In this document: piece by piece, positions 30,252 to 38,977 of the stretch
How positions within the stretch are numbered: position 1 is the stretch's first letter
How the letters are laid out: each line of letters opens with the position of its first letter
Source: a virus
Lineage: Duplodnaviria; Caudoviricetes
Direction: 5' to 3' (one strand)
IMG/VR virus record: IMGVR_UViG_2061766007_000015
Coordinates: 9,636 to 73,635 of that record
Length of the DNA stretch: 64,000 nucleotides
The notes under the pieces: generated by a model
What the model was told of the DNA's origin: nothing
Databases searched by the model: none
The model's input: the letters and a program-made list of their open reading frames with translations, nothing else
Program-made: the position numbers and the translations under genes

Positions 30252-30898
30252 CTTTTATCCTTCCCGTAAAACTGTATTACTTCGCTAGTATGCCAAATTC
30301 TACTTGATAATCTACTGCCCAAGGCTCGCTCTAAATCTGTCTCGCCTAAATTGCCAGTAAATATGTTTGATTTCCTTGCCAGCACTCTCTGGTCTATGTA
30401 CATAAGCAACTGAGATAGGTCATAGTTACTGAGACCATTACTTCCTATATCATCCCAAACTACTAAGTCTATGTCAAGCAATTTGGATTTTAACTCTTCA
30501 AACTCAGCATCTTTATTGTTAAAGTCCTTGCACTTAAGTAGAAATGTCGGCACATGTATAAATACTGCTCTCGCATTAAGACCGTTGCCAGCCCATATCT
30601 CGTCAAAGTACTTAAGCATCAACTTTATAGACCATGTAGTCTTACCATTACCCGTATTCGTACTGAATAGATACAAATTGTTACCATCTTCAACAAATGC
30701 TTTAATGTCCGACTTAATCTGTGCGAGTCTGCAAAAGGCTTGATAGTCGCAATCTTCGGGCACTAAAGAAATAATTCTCTGCATGCTCTTTGGTATATTA
30801 CTCTGGTCGAGTAGAGATTTCATTTCAATGTATCTGACACAAGCCTCATTACAAGGTTCATTTGTGCATACATCTTTATATAAACAGTCCATATTCAC
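30248..30898 (-). CDS. dnaC: DnaC/IstB-like helicase loader
   Basis: NTGNGKTT, VWDDIG, FTGN, RLSSRI. Confidence 0.85.
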   Translation of the reverse strand: MNMDCLYKDVCTNEPCNEACVRYIEMKSLLDQSNIPKSMQRIISLVPEDCDYQAFCRLAQIKSDIKAFVEDGNNLYLFSTNTGNGKTTWSIKLMLKYFDEIWAGNGLNARAVFIHVPTFLLKCKDFNNKDAEFEELKSKLLDIDLVVWDDIGSNGLSNYDLSQLLMYIDQRVLARKSNIFTGNLGETDLERALGSRLSSRIWHTSEVIQFYGKDKR

Positions 30899-30901
30899 CT
30901 C

Positions 30902-31660
30902 TTAAAATTCAACTTGCTTGCCTGCTTCTCGCATCTGCTCTATAAACCTGCTTTGTGCTTCTTGCTCTTCTTCTGACATAGTAGCACAAGATACATTCGC
31001 TTCACAAGCGGCTGACTTAACGTTGCTATAGGTAGAACGTGCAATAGGATAAAAACTGAGATATCCCTTATCAATACTTTGCTGTATAATCTGTAGTGCT
31101 TCGGTTTTACTCTCTGTTAGTTCTCTGAGTTTATTAAGTATGCCTCTAAACTGATTGGCATACAATGGCTTATCTTTTATTTCAAGCCTGAAACGTAAAT
31201 AGTTATCTAAGCAATCTCTTACCTCGATATCATCTGTAAACTCTTCTATAGCAGAAAAGCATTTCTGATAAAGATTAGGTTTAGATGATTTAGGCTTTTT
31301 CTCTACTAATACGATAGTATTAGTTTTATTTTCTTCTTTAATATCTTCTTTATTATTGATTAAACTCAGTTGAATAGGGGTATTAAACTGAGTTGAATAG
31401 TATTCAACTACTTTAACATTGTTAACTAACTTTTCTTCTTTGCCAATAAGTCCTCTGTCTAAGAGATTTTTGAGATTCTTGAGTATACCTTGTTTAGTAG
31501 CACCACACCAATCTGCGAGATACTGTAAACTGCCAGTAAATCTCTGATTTTCAGTCTGACTGTAGCCATATATTACAGCATACACTATCAAGTCATTTCC
31601 TTTAAGGTCTAATTCAGTTCTCATCCAGCCTTGTACTGTGACATAGTTTTCAGATTTCAT
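30902..31660 (-). CDS. Replication initiator (N-terminal wHTH)
   Basis: LIVYAVIYGYSQ...GSLQYLADW...LLDRGLI; lies upstream of dnaC and dnaB. Confidence 0.8.
   Translation of the reverse strand: MKSENYVTVQGWMRTELDLKGNDLIVYAVIYGYSQTENQRFTGSLQYLADWCGATKQGILKNLKNLLDRGLIGKEEKLVNNVKVVEYYSTQFNTPIQLSLINNKEDIKEENKTNTIVLVEKKPKSSKPNLYQKCFSAIEEFTDDIEVRDCLDNYLRFRLEIKDKPLYANQFRGILNKLRELTESKTEALQIIQQSIDKGYLSFYPIARSTYSNVKSAACEANVSCATMSEEEQEAQSRFIEQMREAGKQVEF
31310..31410. repeat. Candidate replication origin (iterons) inside the initiator gene
   Basis: TTAAACT(C/G)AGTTGAATAG at 31360-31377 and 31383-31400, inverted AGTTGAATA/TATTCAACT, adjoining an AT-rich tract. Confidence 0.55.
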
Positions 31661-31830
31661 GTAATCTCCTTTACAATTAAAAACTCTTGCATCTGAAAGT
31701 TCACGGCAATCAGATACAAGAGTCTTATGTTGGTCGATATTTTATTAGCATCGATTGACACCGTGAACATCAACCAACGTTGTGTGAATAACAAAACAAT
31801 CTTTAGGAGGACTGTTATCATTCATCATAT
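31661..31830 (-). promoter_or_regulatory. Structured 5' leader/attenuator of the initiator gene
   Basis: 14-bp terminator-like hairpin at 31683-31723 plus an upstream hairpin with a complementary loop. Confidence 0.65.
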
Positions 31831-31876
31831 AAATATTGTAACACATGTTTACTGAGAAGTAAACAGGAAACAGACA

Positions 31877-32503
31877 TTAATTGTTGCTGAAACAACGCTT
31901 AATATCGTTAGCCTGGTCATCTACTACAGCGTTCACATCGTCCCAAAGAGCCTTACGCTCTGCTTCAATGTTAACATCTTCTTCGTCCGGTATACTTCTC
32001 TTCTCAGTGTACTCTACGGTATAAAAATTGTCCTTGATTTTAAGGGCTACTCTTGATACCGCCTGAATTTCTACTACTTTTGCCTTAGATTCGTACATAA
32101 CTTATTCTCCCTTCGCTTTCGTCACTTTAAGTACTGTAACCTCTTTTACCTCTTTGCAGTCACCGATTTTAGGTAAATTCTCAGCAGGAATTACATTGTT
32201 GAAAATCAATGACTCAAGTACATCCATATCAACGTACTCTTTAGTTTTAATGGCGTCTGTTGCGCCAATGTTTTTGAGAGTTTCAAGAAGTTTACCTTCG
32301 TTGAAGGACTCTCGTTTCTGAATCGTAATCTTGGCTGTATAACCGTTTGTAGTGTAACTTGACACATCTGTCATCTTAGCCTTGATGTCCGCATTCATTT
32401 CATCGCACAATTTCTTGCACGAATCCATTTCTTCTTTGACCGAAAAGTACTCTGGTATCAATTCATCCAAAGTCTTTTCGGTCTCGCCGTTCAGTTGTCT
32501 CAT
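31877..32503 (-). CDS. Two hypothetical genes (31877-32098, 32102-32503)
   Basis: ORF track, RBSs. Confidence 0.5.
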
Positions 32504-32519
32504 TTGCTATTCTCCTTTA

Positions 32520-32786
32520 TTATTTTTTAACGTATTTCTGAGTAGTTTCACCCAAGATACCATTACGTCCGTGAGGAAGTGACTGCTTGAACTGAATTAA
32601 CTGCCATGCATCAGACTGTTTCCAGTATCTAGTCTGTCTCGGGCCGCTCTGCTGAAAATCAGGCAAAAGACCTGCGAGTTCATGGTCAGTATGGGTACGT
32701 TTCCAACGATACCAAATGTTAATTGTAGGTGCTGAAACTCCAACAATTAATGCAATTTCTTCTACCTTACATAACTTCTCTGACAT
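32520..32786 (-). CDS. MerR/excisionase-like HTH protein
   Basis: KVEEIALIVGVSAPTINIWYR...RTRYW. Confidence 0.55.
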   Translation of the reverse strand: MSEKLCKVEEIALIVGVSAPTINIWYRWKRTHTDHELAGLLPDFQQSGPRQTRYWKQSDAWQLIQFKQSLPHGRNGILGETTQKYVKK

Positions 32787-32803
32787 TGTTTACCTCCTTT
32801 AAC

Positions 32804-33358
32804 TTAATTATATTTGAAAATCATATTATTATACGATTTACAATTACCTTTACAAATTGCCGAGATTTTTCCATGAGGAACTTTCGTTGCTCGTTCAGCG
32901 GCCATTGTTGATTCAAATTCTCCAATAAATTCTCCATTAACTTTATAAGCCTTAACAATTTTACCTTGCTTTTTTAAAATTGAAGCACGTATACGTTCCT
33001 TAGTTCGGTCAGGACAACCTCGTCTTGAGTTCGCCAAACGAATTTTATCTGGTCTACTTCCATATGTATTGTTGTACAACGCTGTACACCACTCCAAATT
33101 AGTCACATTATTGTTGTCCTTATGCTCATCTTTATGATTAACCTGTGGTAAATTATTAGGATTTGGTATAAATGCTTGGGCTACAAGACGATGTACTCTA
33201 AACTGAATATGTTTTCCAGAGGTACTTCTGAGTGCAACAACTTTATATCCATTTACATTACTTTGTTTGAGTTCCTTACTGTCTCGATATACTCTACCAA
33301 AATTAGATATATAATATTGATACATAAATCCGGTTATAGGCATAAGTGTTTCTTGCAT
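32804..33358 (-). mobile_element. Free-standing NUMOD4-HNH-NUMOD1 homing endonuclease; start reset to MQETL
   Basis: YYISNFGRV, VHRLVAQAFIPN..NLPQVNHKDEHK.NN...NLEWC, FESTMAAER; AT-rich. Confidence 0.85.
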
Positions 33359-33368
33359 CAGTATCTCC

Positions 33369-35165
33369 TTATGATAATAAAAATTGTAATAATTCATCTT
33401 TATTGCCGACAATTTGTCCATCAACTACTGCATCTGAGATAGCACCTTTCTTCTGCACTAATTCCCAAACTCTTTCATCAATAGTATTTTTTGTTAACAA
33501 GTTATATATTGTAATTTTATTCGTCTGACCTATTCTGTGACAGCGGTCTACAGCCTGGTCATATAGTGCTCTGTTCCACGGGTGGTCAAGAAAAATCATA
33601 ATAGTGCCTGCTGTAAGTGTGAGACCAGTACCCATAGCACCGATAGTACCTATAAGTACATCTATTCCATTGTATTTTCTGCTATGTAACGCCGCATTAC
33701 TTTCAGTATCTTGGAATTGAAATACTACTTCCTGTCTTTCTGAGTCTTTTGTATTTCCTGTAATTTGGCCTACTTTGTACTTCTTATGTAGTCTCTCAAA
33801 CACCACATCTGTTATCTGTGTCCAGTTAGAGAAGATAACTACTTTTTTACCATTACTAACTGCTTCTTCTACAAGTTCTTCCATGCGGTCAAGTTTTGCT
33901 GACTCTTTAATCATGCTTGAGAGAATACCTGTATAGCCTGTAGCCTGTCTCATTCGGATTAACTCTGCTAAGGGATTACTTGCATTTTTAACCTGGTCAA
34001 TATTGGCCTTAATGTCTGTCGTAATCTCTTTGTATATCTGAGCCTGCTTGGCTGTCATCTCAACATATTCATCTACGTACAACTTCTCAGGTAAATCTAA
34101 TACTTCTGATTTAAGTCTACGTAACATAATCTCATTTAGTCTTTCCTGTAACTCATCAAGATATCTATAACCGACAACTTCATAGCCACCAAAACCACCC
34201 ATGACACAATAATGATTTCGGAAAGAATAGAAAGCATGTTTCTCATAGCCTAACCATTTAAGTATCATGTATAAGTCTAAAGGCTGATTCATAATAGGTG
34301 TACCAGTCATAGCAATCATTGTCTCTGCCTGCACCTTCAATATGCCTTTACCTTGCTGACTTGTGTGGTCTTTCGCTTTATGACACTCATCAAACGCTAT
34401 CATGTTGATATCGCCTGACTGCGTTAATTTGACGATTTCAGCGACTATTTTTTCGTCTCTGAAAGTTTCTACGTTAGTTATGATAAAGTACTCTTGGTGA
34501 GCGTCCAGGAGCGTCCTATCGCTATGTCTGAGTTGCAGTACATCTTCTAATTTATCTTTATTGCCGCCTACAACTAATCGACCGTCTCTTCTGACTCTCT
34601 GACCAAGTATTCGGCACTGCTCATCTGAGTGAGTTTCAATCTCATTCTTCCAGTTCCACTTAAGACCATTAACACCGCAAATGATAAGACAATGCTTATA
34701 TCCTAAAGTACGTTTCTTATCCACTGCAATATCAATAATCTGCTTGGTCTTACCTAAGCCCTGCTCATCTGCAAGTAACCACTTATCGTGATTAAGTCCA
34801 TATAAGACACCTGCAATCTGATGTTTGAATGGCTTAGTCTTGAACTTAAAGCCGTCAGGAAGTTCAGTAAGTTCTTCCTTTTCTGCAACATAACCATTGA
34901 TAGTGAAATCGAAATCAGTCAATCTCTCAGTAATATAACCTAACTTCTTAACAGGTATTTCCCATTCTTTTGTATTTACATTATAAGAACGCTCTGACAG
35001 TTCTTTAATAGTATCCACTATCTTGCTGTTATAATCGAATGATACAAATAATGAGTATTCATAGTTAGTTAATTTCTGAGACTTTTGAATATTTATAGTT
35101 ATCATTGTTACTCCTTTCGTCTCTACTTCTATAAACATTATACAACATAATTCTTGCGTTGTCAA
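33369..35165 (-). CDS. SNF2-family helicase with N-terminal HARP-like extension; start probably MITINIQ
   Basis: LADEQGLGKT, DECH, MTGTP, MLRRLK, QAVDRCHRIGQ. Confidence 0.9.
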   Translation of the reverse strand: MTTQELCCIMFIEVETKGVTMITINIQKSQKLTNYEYSLFVSFDYNSKIVDTIKELSERSYNVNTKEWEIPVKKLGYITERLTDFDFTINGYVAEKEELTELPDGFKFKTKPFKHQIAGVLYGLNHDKWLLADEQGLGKTKQIIDIAVDKKRTLGYKHCLIICGVNGLKWNWKNEIETHSDEQCRILGQRVRRDGRLVVGGNKDKLEDVLQLRHSDRTLLDAHQEYFIITNVETFRDEKIVAEIVKLTQSGDINMIAFDECHKAKDHTSQQGKGILKVQAETMIAMTGTPIMNQPLDLYMILKWLGYEKHAFYSFRNHYCVMGGFGGYEVVGYRYLDELQERLNEIMLRRLKSEVLDLPEKLYVDEYVEMTAKQAQIYKEITTDIKANIDQVKNASNPLAELIRMRQATGYTGILSSMIKESAKLDRMEELVEEAVSNGKKVVIFSNWTQITDVVFERLHKKYKVGQITGNTKDSERQEVVFQFQDTESNAALHSRKYNGIDVLIGTIGAMGTGLTLTAGTIMIFLDHPWNRALYDQAVDRCHRIGQTNKITIYNLLTKNTIDERVWELVQKKGAISDAVVDGQIVGNKDELLQFLLS

Positions 35166-35229
35166 CGTTTATTTTAATAAAAAAGTGCCTCGACTGAAAA
35201 ATCGAAGCACTTCTTATTATTAACACTAT

Positions 35230-35646
35230 TTAGTTCTGCTCTAACTGCTTAATCCAAGATTTAATCATCTGACGAGATTCATCGTCTTTGGCATCCATCT
35301 GTAAGTCTTTGAGACCATCAAGCAATTCATCTTTCGCTTCGGCTCTGCTGTAGCCACGGCGTCTTGAATAGTCATAAGAACCATCATAAGAATCGTCATA
35401 TGAGCCGTCATCTCTAGAATATCTGCCGCGAGAATCTCTTCTTGCATTTCTGCCACGACCTCTTGCTCTACTATAAGAATCATAGGAGTAGTCAGCCTCT
35501 TCCATTGCTATGATTGTGTCAATGGATTTAATCGAGTGAGTAAGTTTGTCGATAATGTCAAGGCTTGTTGTTGACATTTCATCCTTCTTAGTACACTCGT
35601 TAAGTTCGTCCATGAGCATTTCTCTTAACTCTTCCAACTTATGCAT
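35230..35646 (-). CDS. Post-lysis module: Arg/Ser/Tyr/Asp-rich protein
   Basis: SRARGRGRNARRDSRGRYSRDDGSY. Confidence 0.6.
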   Translation of the reverse strand: MHKLEELREMLMDELNECTKKDEMSTTSLDIIDKLTHSIKSIDTIIAMEEADYSYDSYSRARGRGRNARRDSRGRYSRDDGSYDDSYDGSYDYSRRRGYSRAEAKDELLDGLKDLQMDAKDDESRQMIKSWIKQLEQN

Positions 35647-35659
35647 ACTTTTCTCCTTC

Positions 35660-36112
35660 CTATGCGATTCTGGTAATTACAAGGTTTGAGTTCTGTACAT
35701 CGATAGTAGGTGTAGGCGTAACTGCAGGGTCGTCAACTGTTGCATCAACATATCTTACTGCTACTGAGAAACAGCATCCCTTAGGTACAGTTACGATTGC
35801 AGTAGAGGTCACATTACCGAAGGTATCAACTACTGTAGGCGTGTAGATTGCCTCGCTTGTAGGTCTTGCCTCACCATTAACGCTGATTGCTACTGCTATG
35901 GGAGTTATGGCGCCACCCGTAGGTATTGCTATATTGCCATTATAAGTTACCTGATATCGTGCAAAACAATTGTTAGTGATTCCACGGAGAATAAAAATTC
36001 CTGTTTCGTCCTCATGATATACACATCCTTTGGTACAAGGGATAGAAGCAGTAAACAGTACTGGACTATTAAGTGCTACTGCCTGTACTGCATTTGCTAA
36101 ATATTCTGCCAT
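35660..36112 (-). CDS. Post-lysis module: beta-sandwich protein (BclA-C/C1q-like)
   Basis: All-beta pattern; YQVTYNGNIA...IAVAISVNGE. Confidence 0.55.
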   Translation of the reverse strand: MAEYLANAVQAVALNSPVLFTASIPCTKGCVYHEDETGIFILRGITNNCFARYQVTYNGNIAIPTGGAITPIAVAISVNGEARPTSEAIYTPTVVDTFGNVTSTAIVTVPKGCCFSVAVRYVDATVDDPAVTPTPTIDVQNSNLVITRIA

Positions 36113-36124
36113 AGTTTCACCTCC

Positions 36125-36919
36125 TTACATTCCACAACCGCATCCACCATTGTTGCAAGTGAAGATGGGAGTTCTGCCATAAACCGGAGTAGTGGGAACA
36201 GGACAGTTGTTAAGTCTGTTATACAACTGGTCAACCTCGTTAGCAAAGCCCTGCTGAATAAATGCGTTCTGAGCAACCTGAGATTCACGAAGAGAAGCCA
36301 TAGATAACTGTCTTTCGAGGTCTGCGATTTTCTCGTTCTTAGCATCAATCTTGTCCTGGCACATCTGGTCAAGGATTCTCTGAGTGTTTGCTGTCTGGTT
36401 TGCGAGTAAGTCACGAACACCCTCATTGATTACCTGTCTGTCTGCACAGTTCTCGGTAGCAACTGTGTACTTAAGGTCTGCAATGCCCGCACGATTTTCG
36501 CAACAACAGTTCTGAAGTGCGCTCTGTACGCCAAAAATGCTCTGCATATTAGCCATCTGACGAGCGTTTGCACCCTGCTCAACTCCTGCGAAGCCGTTGC
36601 AAAGAGCCATCTGTACATCACCGAAGCCGTTACATAACTGAGTAGAAATGCCAGTAATACCGTCACGAATGGAAGTGATGTTGTCGTTAAGCATCTGATT
36701 CTGGAAGCCGTTGCTGGTAAGGTTAGCCTGATTCATCCAAGGATAAATGTCGTTGCCTACACCTCCACCGAAGCCGCCGCCCCATCCGTTGTTGCCCCAA
36801 CCGAGTAAGAGCAAAAGAATAATCCATGCCCAATCTCCGCCAAAGCCATTACCGAATGCGTTGTTGCCGCCTGCGGGACCTACAAGCATTGTGGTGTTCA
36901 TTCCACTTTCGTCTGTCAT
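36125..36919 (-). CDS. Post-lysis module: Gly/Asn-rich, Cys-cluster coiled-coil protein
   Basis: FGGDWAWIILLLLLGWGNNGWGG, NCCCENR, C-terminal CNNGGCGCG. Confidence 0.65.
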   Translation of the reverse strand: MTDESGMNTTMLVGPAGGNNAFGNGFGGDWAWIILLLLLGWGNNGWGGGFGGGVGNDIYPWMNQANLTSNGFQNQMLNDNITSIRDGITGISTQLCNGFGDVQMALCNGFAGVEQGANARQMANMQSIFGVQSALQNCCCENRAGIADLKYTVATENCADRQVINEGVRDLLANQTANTQRILDQMCQDKIDAKNEKIADLERQLSMASLRESQVAQNAFIQQGFANEVDQLYNRLNNCPVPTTPVYGRTPIFTCNNGGCGCGM

Positions 36920-36998
36920 TTTGTTTTCCTCCTTTAAACTATTAAGGTTAGCGACTCATCAAATTTGATGAGTCGGATATATAAAAGTTGCGCCACTT

Positions 36999-37211
36999 TT
37001 ATTTCTTGAATAACTGCTGAATTATTGGATTGTTTCGCATTTGCATAGCACGATTGACTTGTGCTTGCGATACCTGACCGGTATTAAGAAGGTGCTGAAT
37101 AATCTCATTTGGATTATTTAGATTCTGTGGTATATTATATCTCTGAGATAACAACTGTATAGGATTTGACTGAAACTGTTTAGCCAGTTCAAACATATTA
37201 TTCATCGTCAT
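36999..37211 (-). CDS. Post-lysis module: small Gln/Asn-rich protein
   Basis: NPNEIIQHLLNTGQVSQAQVN. Confidence 0.55.
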   Translation of the reverse strand: MTMNNMFELAKQFQSNPIQLLSQRYNIPQNLNNPNEIIQHLLNTGQVSQAQVNRAMQMRNNPIIQQLFKK

Positions 37212-37638
37212 CTTCTATAATCACCTCACGCTTTACTTTCTTTAACTTAGCCAAATCAGTTTTAACTGTCTTAAGTTCATTCTTGACAGCCTCAAGTTCT
37301 GCCTTTTCTGCATAATCAACTTTCTTTTCAGGCTCGGCTGTCTCTGAGTCCTCTTTTATGAGTCTATACTTTTCAAAACGAGGAGGCTCTAATTGAGAAA
37401 AGCCCATCGTCTTTGTATATATGTAAGGTGCTGACTCATCTTTAAACGTAATGCTGTTACCCAATGCGACAGGATAGTTTCTTGCATCAGCCTCACTAGG
37501 TATTCCTATAAGACCGTTGGTCTGAGGTGTAGGCTGTAATTGTGCCTGTGGCATCTGAATCTGCTGTTGGCTAGGGTAAAACTGCTGTTGCTGTTGGGGA
37601 TAAAACTGTTGCTGTGGATAAAAATTAGGATAGGGCAT
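37198..37638 (-). CDS. Post-lysis module: protein with QQQFYP-rich N-terminus
   Basis: YPVALGNS..FKDE..PYIYTK core. Confidence 0.55.
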   Translation of the reverse strand: MPYPNFYPQQQFYPQQQQQFYPSQQQIQMPQAQLQPTPQTNGLIGIPSEADARNYPVALGNSITFKDESAPYIYTKTMGFSQLEPPRFEKYRLIKEDSETAEPEKKVDYAEKAELEAVKNELKTVKTDLAKLKKVKREVIIEDDDE

Positions 37639-37641
37639 TAT

Positions 37642-38022
37642 TTACTCCTCTCTGTACCAATAATAAATTGGTGTCTCATCACCTGAGTCCCACGAATCGT
37701 AGTAATCTCCGTCAATTACCGCAACTACATGGGTACCAGTACCTACAATGTATGTGCCTGTAAAATGCTCACCACAGAAGTCTCTTATTGTGTAGCATTT
37801 CGGACAAGTGTCGGGCAACATACGACTACGAAAACCGTAAGACTTGAGAAGTTCAGCCCATACTCGATTTGAAGATGGCATATCGCACATAGCGAAACCT
37901 TGTACCACTAATTCTATATAGGTAGAATACCAATCTTGGTCAAGTGCTATAGATAATGCTCTAACGACACAATCGCCGACATATGAACCATACGGGTTGG
38001 GATTTACTTTAATAAATGCCAT
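37642..38022 (-). CDS. Post-lysis module: papain-like fold protein; start reset to MAFIKV
   Basis: GDCVVRA...THVVAV...YYDSWDSG (Cys/His/Asp). Confidence 0.55.
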   Translation of the reverse strand: MAFIKVNPNPYGSYVGDCVVRALSIALDQDWYSTYIELVVQGFAMCDMPSSNRVWAELLKSYGFRSRMLPDTCPKCYTIRDFCGEHFTGTYIVGTGTHVVAVIDGDYYDSWDSGDETPIYYWYREE

Positions 38023-38112
38023 GGCTGTTCTCCTCTCTTCAATTAAATCATAACAATAATTAAAACAGAGTGAGTGCCAGTATAGATGCATTGATGGACC
38101 ATTTATGTGCAA

Positions 38113-38145
38113 TAAAAAAAAACACCAAGATTATTTCTTGGTGTT
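38113..38145 (-). terminator. Intrinsic terminator
   Basis: AACACCAAGA/TCTTGGTGTT followed by a T run on the minus strand. Confidence 0.75.
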
Positions 38146-38370
38146 CCATAGAATTTTATTAAATAATTCTGTTTCTGCCTTGTACACGATTCGTTTCATT
38201 TGCGAGTAGGAATAATCAAATTCAGCCGCTAACTCGTATAATAACAAACCGTCTAATAGGTGCCGCTTTAGTATCGCTCGGTCTCTTTCTGAGAATATGT
38301 ACAAATCAATTAACTCGGACAACTCAGCAGTTGTGTACAGTGTAATTTCAACTGGTTTCTTTCGTCTCAT
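38131..38370 (-). CDS. Sigma-70 region 4-like HTH protein
   Basis: SERDRAILKRHLLDG...ELAAEFDYSYSQMKRIV. Confidence 0.65.
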   Translation of the reverse strand: MRRKKPVEITLYTTAELSELIDLYIFSERDRAILKRHLLDGLLLYELAAEFDYSYSQMKRIVYKAETELFNKILWNTKK

Positions 38371-38486
38371 TTCTTAATTTTTACTCTACCAGTTCCATGA
38401 CACATATTACATTTACGATAACCAGTCTTACCGCCGGTTCTTCGTCTATGTGTAGTTCTAGTTATCCGTACCTTCTGTCTCGCCAT
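38367..38486 (-). CDS. 39-aa basic zinc-knuckle peptide (not in the track)
   Basis: MARQKVRITRTTHRRRTGGKTGYRKCNMCHGTGRVKIKK; overlaps both neighbours. Confidence 0.6.
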   Translation of the reverse strand: MARQKVRITRTTHRRRTGGKTGYRKCNMCHGTGRVKIKK

Positions 38487-38977
38487 TAAGTTCTCCGTTT
38501 ATGATATAATTGCTACCAAATGTATCAGCATCCTGCTCTGCTTCAATCACTGTGGTGTCGGTATTATAACTACTTAGCAAATCATTATATGCTATAGTCC
38601 AAGCCAGATTAGTTATAATAAACAAGGCGAGTATAACCATCTTCTCTATGAATGACCGTCTGTTTGTTCGCTCATGCGAAGCCACAAGAGCATCAATAAG
38701 ATATGCCTTAGGCATGTCTCTCTCGTTCATTACTTTTTAACTCCTTAACCTCTGTTTTCAGTACTGCAATCTCATTCTGCATGGCATAGACAATGGACCT
38801 TAGGTCTTTATTATCCTGCACTATCTCTTTAATATCATTGCTGATACTTTCAAGTTTTGCCATTAAAGAAGCAATCGTGGCTACATTTTCTTTGGTATCT
38901 TTCTTACTTGCTGTCCACACTGCAAATGCAAATGAAGCAAATGATATTACCCATGGTATAATCTTATCTATCGTCAT
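38458..38977 (-). CDS. Two small membrane proteins (38708-38977 TM plus coiled coil, holin/XhlA-like; 38458-38730)
   Basis: Single hydrophobic helices; directly downstream of the endolysin. Confidence 0.5.

Noticed and set aside
32520-32786. Lysogeny module inferred from the excisionase-like HTH
   Set aside because: No integrase, att site or divergent repressor pair in the window; lifestyle cannot be called.
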